From Gemmatimonadales bacterium (GTDB lineage Bacteria > Gemmatimonadota > Gemmatimonadetes > Gemmatimonadales > GWC2-71-9): a stretch of 41,639 nt of DNA. The stretch is from assembly GCA_038258395.1 (NCBI GenBank), contig JBBSPX010000002.1, forward strand, positions 1-41,639, read 5' to 3'. This document shows, in pieces, positions 26,091 to 34,537 of the stretch. Positions within the stretch are counted from its first letter, which is position 1, and each line of letters opens with the position of its first letter. The notes under the pieces were generated by a model. It ran no database searches, was not told the DNA's origin, and saw only the letters and a list, made by a program, of their open reading frames with translations. The position numbers were made by a program, and so were the translations under genes.

Positions 26091-26354
26091 ATGAAAGTCA
26101 CCGCCGACATCCCAGACGAGTTGTATCGCCGCGTGAAAGCGAAGGCCGCGACGCAGGGCAGGGCAGTCCGTGAGGTGACCGAAGCGCTCTATTCCGCCTA
26201 TGTCGAGACGCCGGACGCGGAATCCAGGATTCGGGAGGGCGAGGCGTGGCTTGAACGTTGGCTCGACCTCTCGCGTCGGCTGCCGGCACCGCTCGACAGC
26301 TCGACCGCACGGGACCACCTCGACCGGGCCAGGGGTCGACTGGACGCGTCATGA
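26091..26354 (+). CDS. vapB: VapB-like antitoxin (ribbon-helix-helix type)
   Basis: ATG at 26091 follows AGGA. The sequence begins MKVTADIPDELYRRVKAKAATQGRAVREVTEALY, which is RHH-like. The stop overlaps the PIN gene start (ATGA at 26351-26354). Confidence 0.75.
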   Translation: MKVTADIPDELYRRVKAKAATQGRAVREVTEALYSAYVETPDAESRIREGEAWLERWLDLSRRLPAPLDSSTARDHLDRARGRLDAS

Positions 26355-26776
26355 CACCGGTCGTGGTCGATGCCTCGGTCTGGATCACGGCGGTCGATTC
26401 GGGAGACCAGGCACATGCGAGCGCCGCCGACTGTCTTTCCGCCATCGGGCGCCGACAGCTCCAGATCGTGGTACCGAGTCTCGCACGCATCGAGGTGGCC
26501 TGTGCACTCAGCCGACGGTTTGGAGATGCAGATGCATCGCGGGCACTTACCGCAACATTGTTCGATGCATCGTTCGTGTTCGAGGAGGTTGTCGATGCCA
26601 CGCTCGCGAGTCGAGCCGTGGCCGTTGGTACCACCGCGAGACTCCGCGGCGCCGATGCGCTGTACGCTGCGATCGCGGAGCGCGAGACCGCACCCTTGAT
26701 CACGCTCGACCGCGAACTCCTTTCACGAGGTGGAGGAGTCAGCCCCGACCAGTGGTTGGCAAGTGAGGGAGCCTGA
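26351..26776 (+). CDS. vapC: PIN-domain toxin (VapC family)
   Basis: MTPVVVDASVWI (first acidic residue) ...ARIEVACAL...RGADALYAAIAERETAPLITLDREL shows the typical PIN acidic quartet layout. Confidence 0.85.
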   Translation: MTPVVVDASVWITAVDSGDQAHASAADCLSAIGRRQLQIVVPSLARIEVACALSRRFGDADASRALTATLFDASFVFEEVVDATLASRAVAVGTTARLRGADALYAAIAERETAPLITLDRELLSRGGGVSPDQWLASEGA

Positions 26777-26830
26777 GCCAATCCGCCGCCTTCCTGCGCG
26801 TGTCCGGTAACCCTTCTCCGGAGTGCGCCG

Positions 26831-27430
26831 ATGTCCCGAGTTCCTTGCGTCCTTGTGGCCCTGACCCTGCTGGCCGCCTGTGGCGGTGATTCCACCGGCA
26901 CCCCCTCCGATGGCGTCGCCACGGTGACGGTGACCCCCGAGAACGTGTCGATCACCAAGGGCGGCACCACGACCCTCACGGCCGTCGCCCGAGATGGCAA
27001 CGGCAACGTCCTCACCGGCAAGACCTTCTCCTGGGTCTCGGGCACCTCGACCATCGCGTCGGTCTCGGCGAGTGGCGTGGTCACCGGGGTCAATCCCGGC
27101 GGACCGGCCTCGATCAGCGCAATGAGCGAAGGGATCAGTGGCTTCGCCAACGTCACCGTCACCCAGCCGATCGTTGCCAGCCTCGACCTCACGCCCGCCA
27201 CCAACACGCTCACGGTCGGTCAGACAGTCCAACTCATCGCGACGCCACGTGACGCCGCGGGCAAGGCACTTCCGATCAATGTCACGATCTGGGGGACCGA
27301 CAACGATCGGATTGCCTCGGTGTCGTCGACTGGGCTGGTGACCGCGGTGGGTGTGGGCGGCCCCGTCAATGTCGGCGCAGCGGTCGGGACGGTGAGCGCC
27401 GAAGTCACGGTGACGGTGACCGGACCGTAG
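26831..27430 (+). CDS. lipoprotein with two Big_2 (bacterial Ig-like) domains
   Basis: It has the lipobox LLAACGG and two repeats of the pattern VTVTP..xxIxxGxTxxLTAxxRDxxGNxLxG.....W.S......ASVSxxGxVTxxxxG. Confidence 0.85.
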   Translation: MSRVPCVLVALTLLAACGGDSTGTPSDGVATVTVTPENVSITKGGTTTLTAVARDGNGNVLTGKTFSWVSGTSTIASVSASGVVTGVNPGGPASISAMSEGISGFANVTVTQPIVASLDLTPATNTLTVGQTVQLIATPRDAAGKALPINVTIWGTDNDRIASVSSTGLVTAVGVGGPVNVGAAVGTVSAEVTVTVTGP

Positions 27431-27510
27431 TTGCAAGCGGCGAGAAGCGAGATGAGCTAAACCACTGACTTTCCACGCGTACTCTGGAGACCCTACTCCG
27501 GAGTACGTCC

Positions 27511-29178
27511 ATGTTCCGTCTGCCTTCGACGCTGGTGATCCTCGCCTTCCTGAGCGCCTGCGGCGGGGATTCGACCGGTAATCCCTCCAAGTCTGTCGCC
27601 ACAGTGACCGTCACCCCCTCCACGGCATCGATCGAGAAGGGGGCCACGCAGACATTCACCGCCGTGACCCGCGACGCCGATGGCAATGTCCTGACTGGCC
27701 GCACCGTGACGTGGCTCTCGACGACCCCGACCATCGCATCGGTATCGCAGAGCGGCGTGGTCACGGGTCTCAATCCCGGCGGACCGGTGGCGATCACCGC
27801 CTCCAGCGAGGGCAGGAGCGGCAGCGCCTCGATCACGGTCAATGCCACGCAGGTGGTCGTCGCGCGGGTCGACATCACTCCCGCCACCAACACCCTGGCC
27901 GTCGGCAGCACGGTGCAACTCGTCGCGACGCCGCGCGACGCCGCGGGCAACGCGCTCGCGGTCCCCGTCACCGTCTGGGCGACGAATAACGATCAGGTGG
28001 CGACCGTGGCACTGGGTGGTCTCGTGACGGCGGTCGGCGCCGGTGGGCCCGTCACCATTAGCGCACAGGCCGGCGCGGCGATCGGTCAGGCCACGGTCAC
28101 CGTCACGGCACCCGTCCCGGTCACCATCGCAGCCCTCGCGCTCGGCGGCTATCATAGCTGCGCCCTGATGAGCAACGGCTCGGCCAAGTGCTGGGGCGTC
28201 AACGCCGAAGGCGAGATCGGCGACGGGACCACCGTCAACCGCCTCGTACCAACCGCGGTCACCGGCGGCGTCCAGTTTGCATCGCTCTACGCTGGGCTCA
28301 ATTCCACCTGCGGCCTCGATCAGGCTGGCACGGCGTTCTGCTGGGGCCGAGGCCAGTACGGAGTTTTGGGCAACGGCAGTACCGCCGACAAGTTGGTGCC
28401 CACTGCCGTGACGTCGATCGGTCAGCCGTTCACGCGGCTCGAGTCATCGGGGTCCGGCAATGGGACCTGCGGGATCGCGCTCGCGACCACGATCTACTGC
28501 TGGGGAACCGACTCGCTGCAACTCCTGGGTGGAGGAGCGGACGTCCTCTCGCCCACGGTGCTCCCCATTGGGGCCACCCCACCAGTCGTTGACTTGTCGA
28601 TCGGCACCAACTTCGGCTGCGGCCGCACGAGTGCGGGAGCGACGTGGTGCTGGGGCGTGAACCAACTGGGACAACTCGGCGACAGCGGACTGACCAGCAG
28701 GCCCGCACCCGTCCTCCTCTCCGGCGGGCACCAGTTCACCAAGGTGCAGGTCGGCACGGCCCACGGCTGCGGCCTCAAGGCCAATGGCACCATCTGGTGC
28801 TGGGGCAATGGCACATTCGGTCAGCGGGGTGATGGATTGACGACCCCATATCGCTACTCGCCGTTCCAGGTGGCGGGCATCACCGACTTCACCGATCTCA
28901 CCGTCCGGGGATCGACCACCTGTGCGCTCCGTGGTGCAGGGACCGCGTGGTGCTGGGGGAACAACTTTGGTGGCCAGGTCGGCGATGGCACGAAGGTGAA
29001 CCGTCTCGTGCCCGTCCAGGTCGCCGGTGGCCACCTATTCAGCAAGATCGCGCTCGGGATCACTCAAGCCTGCGGCATCAGCACCGACGGCGTCTACTGC
29101 TGGGGTGCGAACGGCGGCCAGATTGGTGACGGCACCACCACCGATCGCCTCGTGCCGACGAAGGTGATCGGACTGTAG
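27511..29178 (+). CDS. lipoprotein with two Big_2 domains fused to an RCC1-repeat beta-propeller
   Basis: It has the lipobox FLSACGG. The N-terminal 200 or so aa are paralogous to the upstream gene. Repeated RCC1 units follow (HSCALMSNGSAKCWGVNAEGEIGDGTT, TCGLDQAGTAFCWGRGQYGVLGNGS, HGCGLKANGTIWCWGNGTFGQRGDG, ...). Confidence 0.9.
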   Translation: MFRLPSTLVILAFLSACGGDSTGNPSKSVATVTVTPSTASIEKGATQTFTAVTRDADGNVLTGRTVTWLSTTPTIASVSQSGVVTGLNPGGPVAITASSEGRSGSASITVNATQVVVARVDITPATNTLAVGSTVQLVATPRDAAGNALAVPVTVWATNNDQVATVALGGLVTAVGAGGPVTISAQAGAAIGQATVTVTAPVPVTIAALALGGYHSCALMSNGSAKCWGVNAEGEIGDGTTVNRLVPTAVTGGVQFASLYAGLNSTCGLDQAGTAFCWGRGQYGVLGNGSTADKLVPTAVTSIGQPFTRLESSGSGNGTCGIALATTIYCWGTDSLQLLGGGADVLSPTVLPIGATPPVVDLSIGTNFGCGRTSAGATWCWGVNQLGQLGDSGLTSRPAPVLLSGGHQFTKVQVGTAHGCGLKANGTIWCWGNGTFGQRGDGLTTPYRYSPFQVAGITDFTDLTVRGSTTCALRGAGTAWCWGNNFGGQVGDGTKVNRLVPVQVAGGHLFSKIALGITQACGISTDGVYCWGANGGQIGDGTTTDRLVPTKVIGL

Positions 29179-29238
29179 GGCCATCCCGAGCGACACGCCG
29201 CCCGCCGGATGCGATGAGCTGTGAGCGTCCGGCGGTGT

Positions 29239-29256
29239 GGTGGTGGCGCCACCACC
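29239..29256. terminator. perfect 18-bp palindrome between convergent genes (bidirectional terminator candidate)
   Basis: The palindrome is ggtggtggcgccaccacc. It lies between the RCC1 gene stop (29178) and the minus-strand lipoprotein stop (29260). Confidence 0.45.
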
Positions 29257-29259
29257 GCG

Positions 29260-29814
29260 TCAGTTGAACTTGTTCTGCAACTCACACACCATGTGCGCGA
29301 TGATCGCATTACCCTTTTCTGTGGTGCCGGTGAACGACACCAGCCCGAGCTTGGTCGTCTTGCCCTTGGGTACCTGCTCCCCCTCGAAGGCCACACGCGT
29401 GAGGGTACCGTTGGCACCACGAGCGGCCGAATTCCGGAAGGTGAAGACGCTGTCGGAATAGAAGGTGAAGTTCATGTCGGTGCCGGACTCTGCCTTCACG
29501 TTGTCCATGGCACCGATCATCTTCAATCCGGGCCGGTCATCGAGGGAGCCGAGGTCCTCGGCGCCATGTTTCCGGGAGATCTCGCACTCACCGCTGAAGC
29601 CGTCGAACTGCACGCCGTCCACCCAGAGCGTACCGGCGCCCTCGATGAGTTCCGGTGTGGCACTGGCCATCGGTGCCGCAGGCGTCGAGTTGCCGCCTGT
29701 CTCGGTGGCCGGATCTGCGTCCGCATCGGGGGACGCACACGCGGCAACGACGCAAGCCGTCAGCAGCAGCAGAGTCTGGCGCACACGAGCAGGGGAGATT
29801 CGGAGAGGAGTCAT
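29260..29814 (-). CDS. hypothetical lipoprotein
   Basis: It has the signal/lipobox LLLLTACVVAACAS. I recognise no family. Confidence 0.6.
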   Translation of the reverse strand: MTPLRISPARVRQTLLLLTACVVAACASPDADADPATETGGNSTPAAPMASATPELIEGAGTLWVDGVQFDGFSGECEISRKHGAEDLGSLDDRPGLKMIGAMDNVKAESGTDMNFTFYSDSVFTFRNSAARGANGTLTRVAFEGEQVPKGKTTKLGLVSFTGTTEKGNAIIAHMVCELQNKFN

Positions 29815-29918
29815 TGGTCACCCGGAATGTGAGGAAGGTGTCGCATCATGGCACCGCGCCACGGGGAGGTCAAGGATTCGCAGCGTGCGGGGGCACGGAT
29901 TCGTCGCTTTCTTTCACC

Positions 29919-31409
29919 ATGCCGACCACCAAGCGCTCATTCCTCTCCGCCCTCACCTGCCCCACCATGGGCTGGTACGAGCAACACACCAGCGGCGGCA
30001 CGCCCGCCCCGGGACTGCAATGGCGGTTCCACGAGGGACACCTGGTCCAACGGCTGGCGCGCGAGTGGCTCGGTCAGGGCACGCTTTTGCCCTCGGGCCA
30101 AACGGCGATGGCGCTCGAGCACAGCCGCGCAGCCATCGACGATCCGGCCAATACGCTCCTCTTCGAGGCGTCGTTCGCGGCCGATGGCGCGGTGGCCCGT
30201 GCCGACGCGCTGCGGCGGACTCCAGATGGCTGGGAGCTGATCGAGATCAAGGCCGGCAGCAGCCGCGACGACAACCCACTCAAGCCCGATCACATCAACG
30301 ATGTCGCCTACACCTGGGCCGTGCTCTCGACCGCGGGCGTGCCACTCACCGCCGCGTCGCTCGTCATGATCAATTCCGATCACGTCGAGGGAAGTGGCAG
30401 CGAGCCGCTCACCATTCGTGATGCGACACTCGAGATCACCGAACGCGCCGCACTCTTCCGCGACAACCTCGCCGACATCGCGCAGCAACTCGCCGGCGAT
30501 CGCCCAGCGCCGACGCTCATCTATGAGTGCCGCCACTGCGATCACTTTGGTGTCGACTGCTTGGGTGTCGGGATTCCCGATCCGCTGTTCGACCTGCCCG
30601 GTCTCCGCGTCCAGCGCTGGGACAAACTGATCCCGTTCGGTGAACGGATCTCCGACCTGCCCGTCGATGCCGACCTGACCGACAATCAGGCTGCGTATGC
30701 CGCGGTGCTGCGGTCGGGCGTGCCTGTGGTCGACCACGATGTGCTGAAGCGTCTCGACGAGATCGCCTACCCCATCCACTACCTCGACTTCGAGGCGATT
30801 CAGCCGGCGCTGCCGTGGTTCCAAGGCACGGGCCCGTACCAGAAGCATCCGTTCCAGTACTCACTCCATGTGCGGCCCACGGCCAATGCACCACTCGATC
30901 ACCACGAGTACCTCGCTCCGGCACATGGCGACTGGCGGCGCGAGTTCGCCGAAGCACTGCTCACCACCCTCGGCGATCGCGGATCGATCCTGGTCTACTC
31001 GAGTTACGAGGCACAGGTATTGAATCAATTGGCCGCGTGGTTTCCCGACCTTGAGCCGCGCATCGACGCAGTGCGGAAGCGACTGTTCGACCTCGAGAAG
31101 GTCGTCAAGAAGGGCTACCTGCACCCCGCGTTCCGCGGCAAGAGCTCGATCAAGAAGGTCTTGCCGGTGGTCGCACCCGACTTGTCATACGACGCACTCG
31201 ACGTCGCCGGTGGCGAGGATGCGATGGCGGTGTTCGGCTTCATGTATCTGGGCGAGTATCCTGAGCATGAGCACGCGCGTCACCGTGCTGCGCTGCTCGA
31301 GTACTGCAAGCTCGACACCGCGGCGATGGTGCGGGTGCATGAGGCGCTGGTTGAAGTGAGAAGTGAGAAACGAGAAGCACTGTCACCCCGAGTGCAGCGA
31401 GGGGGATGA
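29919..31409 (+). CDS. DUF2779-family protein (predicted PD-(D/E)XK nuclease N-domain plus RNase H-like exonuclease C-domain)
   Basis: Start reset to MPTTKRSFLSAL (ATG at 29919). It contains GWELIEIKAGS (ExK-like), the 4-Cys cluster YECRHCDHFGVDC, and the family hallmark IHYLDFEAIQPALPWF...PFQYSLH...ILVYSSYE. The last 15 or so codons are encoded by heptamer-repeat sequence. Confidence 0.75.
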   Translation: MPTTKRSFLSALTCPTMGWYEQHTSGGTPAPGLQWRFHEGHLVQRLAREWLGQGTLLPSGQTAMALEHSRAAIDDPANTLLFEASFAADGAVARADALRRTPDGWELIEIKAGSSRDDNPLKPDHINDVAYTWAVLSTAGVPLTAASLVMINSDHVEGSGSEPLTIRDATLEITERAALFRDNLADIAQQLAGDRPAPTLIYECRHCDHFGVDCLGVGIPDPLFDLPGLRVQRWDKLIPFGERISDLPVDADLTDNQAAYAAVLRSGVPVVDHDVLKRLDEIAYPIHYLDFEAIQPALPWFQGTGPYQKHPFQYSLHVRPTANAPLDHHEYLAPAHGDWRREFAEALLTTLGDRGSILVYSSYEAQVLNQLAAWFPDLEPRIDAVRKRLFDLEKVVKKGYLHPAFRGKSSIKKVLPVVAPDLSYDALDVAGGEDAMAVFGFMYLGEYPEHEHARHRAALLEYCKLDTAAMVRVHEALVEVRSEKREALSPRVQRGG

Positions 31410-31453
31410 GCCAAACCTTCGTACCATCCCCTCGGCTCCGCCGCCGGAGTCTA

Positions 31454-31477
31454 CCCCGCCCCCGAAGGGCGGCGGGG
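31454..31477 (+). terminator. GC-rich stem-loop downstream of the DUF2779 gene
   Basis: ccccgccccc-gaa-gggcggcgggg (one bulged C), followed by tt. Confidence 0.4.
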
Positions 31478-31494
31478 TTCGGCGTGACAGCTCA

Positions 31495-31540
31495 CCACCA
31501 TCCAGAGCGCCTGCTGACGCAGGCGCCTAAATGCAGGCGC
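31495..31540. repeat. dispersed intergenic repeat, copy B
   Basis: ccaccatccagagcgcctgctgacgcaggcgcctaaatgcaggcgc aligns with 25972-26022. Confidence 0.8.
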
Positions 31541-32329
31541 TTACGGCACCCGAATCGAGAGACAACTGAGTCCGCCGTCCATCTTCCGGAACTCACTCAT
31601 CTCCAACGGCACCACCTTGTAGCCGAGCAACGCGACGCGAGCGGTTACGCCGGGGAACCCGGTGGGCATCAGCACGCTGCCGTTCACCGAGACGCAGTTG
31701 GCCGCGTACGCCTCGTCGTCGGGCACCACCAGCACATCAAACCCGACAAGCGCCGGATCACCGGCAACCTCCGACACGGCCACCAACTGCTTGCCGTCCA
31801 ACCACGCCAGCCCACTCTTGAGATGCAGCAGGCCGGCGTCGCCGCGAATGTCGATGGTCGATGCGGTGCAGCCCTGCCCCTCGAGCCACGCGGTGAGCGC
31901 TGCCGCGCCCGCCTCGTTCGTGCGGGCGGAGAGCCCGACAAAGAAATGCGAGCCCGCCTCGCACACGTCGCCGCCGTCGAGCGTGCCGGGAGCGGTCATC
32001 GTGTCGACCGCGTCGTATATCGCCGCCAGCGCGTCATGCATTGCCGCCGTCTCGCCGCGACGGCTGGACGCACCGGGCCTGGTCAGCATGGCACCGTGCG
32101 CCGTGACCACCGCGGTGTCCTCGACGAAGGTCGAATCGGGATGCGCCCTGTCTGGTGGCAGTGTGATGATCTCGACACCGAGCCGCTTGAGTGCGGTGCA
32201 GTAGGTCGCGTGCTGCGCGCGCGCTACGACTAAGTCCGGCGCACCGAGCAGGGCGGTGGTGAGCCCACTGGCGTAGCTGTCCGCGGGTGGACAGACGATC
32301 GCGCGTGTGAAGGTGATGCCGTCGGTCAT
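31541..32329 (-). CDS. dimethylarginine dimethylaminohydrolase (DDAH)/amidinotransferase-superfamily enzyme
   Basis: 262 aa. It contains PDSTFVEDTAVV, LDGGDV, LLHLKSG and a C-terminal catalytic Cys context GGLSCLSIRV, which are typical of DDAH. Confidence 0.8.
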   Translation of the reverse strand: MTDGITFTRAIVCPPADSYASGLTTALLGAPDLVVARAQHATYCTALKRLGVEIITLPPDRAHPDSTFVEDTAVVTAHGAMLTRPGASSRRGETAAMHDALAAIYDAVDTMTAPGTLDGGDVCEAGSHFFVGLSARTNEAGAAALTAWLEGQGCTASTIDIRGDAGLLHLKSGLAWLDGKQLVAVSEVAGDPALVGFDVLVVPDDEAYAANCVSVNGSVLMPTGFPGVTARVALLGYKVVPLEMSEFRKMDGGLSCLSIRVP

Positions 32330-33642
32330 GTCGTGCCCCTCATGCGTTTCACCAGCAGGAAGACCGGCCAGCTCGCCGCGAGCAGCAGGATCGAGCGGAG
32401 TGAGTTGGTGCGGTCACTCAGGATCGACCCAACAATGAACGCGATTGACCCGAGCAGCACTAGACCAGTCGTATACGGGAATCCCGGGACGCGGAACGGT
32501 CGGGGAGTATCGGGCTCGGTGCGCCGGAGCACGAACACCGAGGTGAACGACAGGACATAGCTGGCGACGAAGAAGAAAGCCGCGAGCGCCAACACGGTGT
32601 TGAACGTCCCGCTCAGGATGAAGCCGAGCGCCAGACCGATCGAGGTCCAGTGCGCCACGGTCGGCGTGCCACCGTCGTTCACCGACGTGAACTGGTGGGG
32701 CATCAATCGGTCCTGTCCCATCGCCACTGGCACACGGGAGGTGATCATGACCATCGCGTTGACGCCGCCGAGGAGCGAGCCCAGGACCAGCAGCCGGAGG
32801 ATCAGGTCGCCCTTCGCTCCGAACAACGCGGTACTCGCGGTGGCCGCGACGAACGGGTCGCCGGCCATCGCTTCGATACCGACCACGCGGAGCATCGCGA
32901 TATTGAACAGCAGATAGATCGCGATCACGGTGATCACGCCGCCGATCATCGCGCGGGGAATCGAGCGACCGGCATCGACCGTCTCCTCGCCGAAGTAGAT
33001 CGGGCCGGTCCAGCCATCGTAGGTGAAGATCACCGACTGCAGGGCGAGGATCACCGCGCCCGCCACCGCCACGCCGACGGGGACCGCAGTGGCGAGCGGC
33101 GCGGCATGGTCGGGGACGACCATCACCAGGGCCGCAACGCTCAGGGCCACGAACGCAAGTGCCTTGAGCGCGCTCAGCAGTTGCTGGGCGATATCACCGC
33201 TCTTGACGCCTCGCCATTGCAGCACGCCAAACGCCAGGACCACCGTGCACGCCACCACCTGCTGACGCGCGGGGAACTCCGGCAAGAGCGGTGCACTGTA
33301 TTCGCCGAAGACGATCGCGATGAGGGCGATGGTGGCGGCACTTGAGAGCCAGTCGCTCCAGCCGACGACGAATCCTGGGTACGGGCCGAGCGCCCGATGC
33401 ACGATCGCGTACTGTCCACCTGAGCGGCGGATCATCGCCCCCGGCTCGGCGAGCGACATCGCGCCGAGGAGCGCGTAGAGTCCGCCCACCACCCAGACGC
33501 CCAGAAAGAGGCCGGTCGACGGGAGCTGTGCCGCGATTTCGCCCGGCGTGCGGAGGATGCCGACGCTGACGGTATTGCCGACGAGGACAGCGAGGCCGAA
33601 AGCCACGCCGAGGACTTGATGGAGCTTGCCGCGGCCGGTCAT
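32326..33642 (-). CDS. APC-superfamily amino acid permease
   Basis: Polytopic membrane protein whose stop overlaps the DDAH start (ATGA). I prefer the start at MTGRGKLHQVLGVAFGLAVLVGNTV (cat at 33640-33642), because the 40 upstream codons (to 33762) are encoded by a dispersed palindromic repeat. Confidence 0.85.
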   Translation of the reverse strand: MTGRGKLHQVLGVAFGLAVLVGNTVSVGILRTPGEIAAQLPSTGLFLGVWVVGGLYALLGAMSLAEPGAMIRRSGGQYAIVHRALGPYPGFVVGWSDWLSSAATIALIAIVFGEYSAPLLPEFPARQQVVACTVVLAFGVLQWRGVKSGDIAQQLLSALKALAFVALSVAALVMVVPDHAAPLATAVPVGVAVAGAVILALQSVIFTYDGWTGPIYFGEETVDAGRSIPRAMIGGVITVIAIYLLFNIAMLRVVGIEAMAGDPFVAATASTALFGAKGDLILRLLVLGSLLGGVNAMVMITSRVPVAMGQDRLMPHQFTSVNDGGTPTVAHWTSIGLALGFILSGTFNTVLALAAFFFVASYVLSFTSVFVLRRTEPDTPRPFRVPGFPYTTGLVLLGSIAFIVGSILSDRTNSLRSILLLAASWPVFLLVKRMRGTT

Positions 33643-33673
33643 GAAACGCTGAGAGGCATTGGGATCCCGGAAA

Positions 33674-33735
33674 TTAGGATCGACCGTGAGGTCGATCGGC
33701 ACGACCAATGATCGGTCGTCGTGAGGTCGATCGAC
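33674..33735. repeat. dispersed palindromic repeat module (ATTAGGATCGACC-nnnn-GGTCGATCGG..CGACCAATGAT...)
   Basis: 33674-33713 aligns with 25926-25966. It contains the hairpins gatcgacc-gtga-ggtcgatc and acgacc-aatgatc-ggtcgt, and the 10-bp palindrome gtcgatcgac (33726-33735). Confidence 0.8.
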
Positions 33736-33778
33736 GTCGGAGAGCAGAGAAGGTGCAAGCAATCATACACGCATCACG

Positions 33779-33826
33779 TTTCTCGCTTCTCGCTTCTCGC
33801 TTCTCGCTTCTCGCTTCTCGCTTCTC
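33779..33826. repeat. heptanucleotide tandem repeat (TTCTCGC), about 6.9 copies
   Basis: Six perfect TTCTCGC units plus a partial one, read directly from the sequence. It lies in the intergenic region between pgl and the permease. Confidence 0.95.
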
Positions 33827-33840
33827 GCTTCTCGTAGGAC

Positions 33841-34530
33841 CTACCCCGCCACCCGATCCGTCACCACTTCCGCGCGATCCTGCGCAACCCGTCCCGCCGG
33901 TACACTCGGATCGCCCCAGACCATGCGGTCGAGCGCCTCGTCCTTGTTGGGTCCGCTCACCACCCAGAGCAGTCGTCGCGCGTGGGCGAGCACCGGATAG
34001 GTGAGCGTCATCCGTCGATGGCCCTGATACGGCGCGGTCACCACGACATCATCCGTTGCCTCAAGTGCCGCATCTCCCGGCACGAGCGATGCCGTGTGTC
34101 CATCGGCGCCCAGCCCCAGATGGATGAGGTCGAGCACCGGCGGTGTTCCCGCCACACGGTGCAGCGTGTCGGCGTAGAGCGCGGCCGCATCGACCCGGTC
34201 GACGGCATCGACGGGCATCACGTGCAACTGATCGGCCGGCAGTCCGATCTTGGAGATGAGGTGCTCCTCGAGTCCGGTGAGATTGCGTGCCGCATCTCCG
34301 GCCGGTGCAACGCGCTCATCGACCTGGAACAGATGCACACGCGCCCAGGGGATCTCCAACTCGGCCAGCGCGTCAAACATCGGCAGCGGCGTCGATCCAC
34401 CACTCACCGCCAGCAGGAACTCGCCACGGTGGTGCACCGCGTCCCACGCCGCGGCGGCGATGACCTGCGCGGCGTGCGCGGCCACCGCCGCCGCATCGGC
34501 GAGCACGGTGATCCGTTCCTGCGGGATCAC
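33841..34530 (-). CDS. pgl: 6-phosphogluconolactonase
   Basis: It contains FLLAVSGGSTPLPMF, WARVHLFQVDERV and HLGLGADGHTASL. I prefer the GTG start at 34530, 8 nt after the gnd stop. An alternative ATG at 34572 would overlap gnd. Confidence 0.8.
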   Translation of the reverse strand: MIPQERITVLADAAAVAAHAAQVIAAAAWDAVHHRGEFLLAVSGGSTPLPMFDALAELEIPWARVHLFQVDERVAPAGDAARNLTGLEEHLISKIGLPADQLHVMPVDAVDRVDAAALYADTLHRVAGTPPVLDLIHLGLGADGHTASLVPGDAALEATDDVVVTAPYQGHRRMTLTYPVLAHARRLLWVVSGPNKDEALDRMVWGDPSVPAGRVAQDRAEVVTDRVAG

Positions 34531-34537
34531 TGCTTGC

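Noticed and set aside
33643-33762. Longer start (33762) for the APC permease
   Set aside because: The extra 40 codons are encoded by a palindromic dispersed repeat that also occurs in a non-coding context at 25926-25966. I kept it as an alternative only.
33779-33826. Possible CRISPR array (regular short repeats)
   Set aside because: The units are 7 nt and directly abutting, with no spacers and no cas genes. It is a microsatellite, not a CRISPR array.
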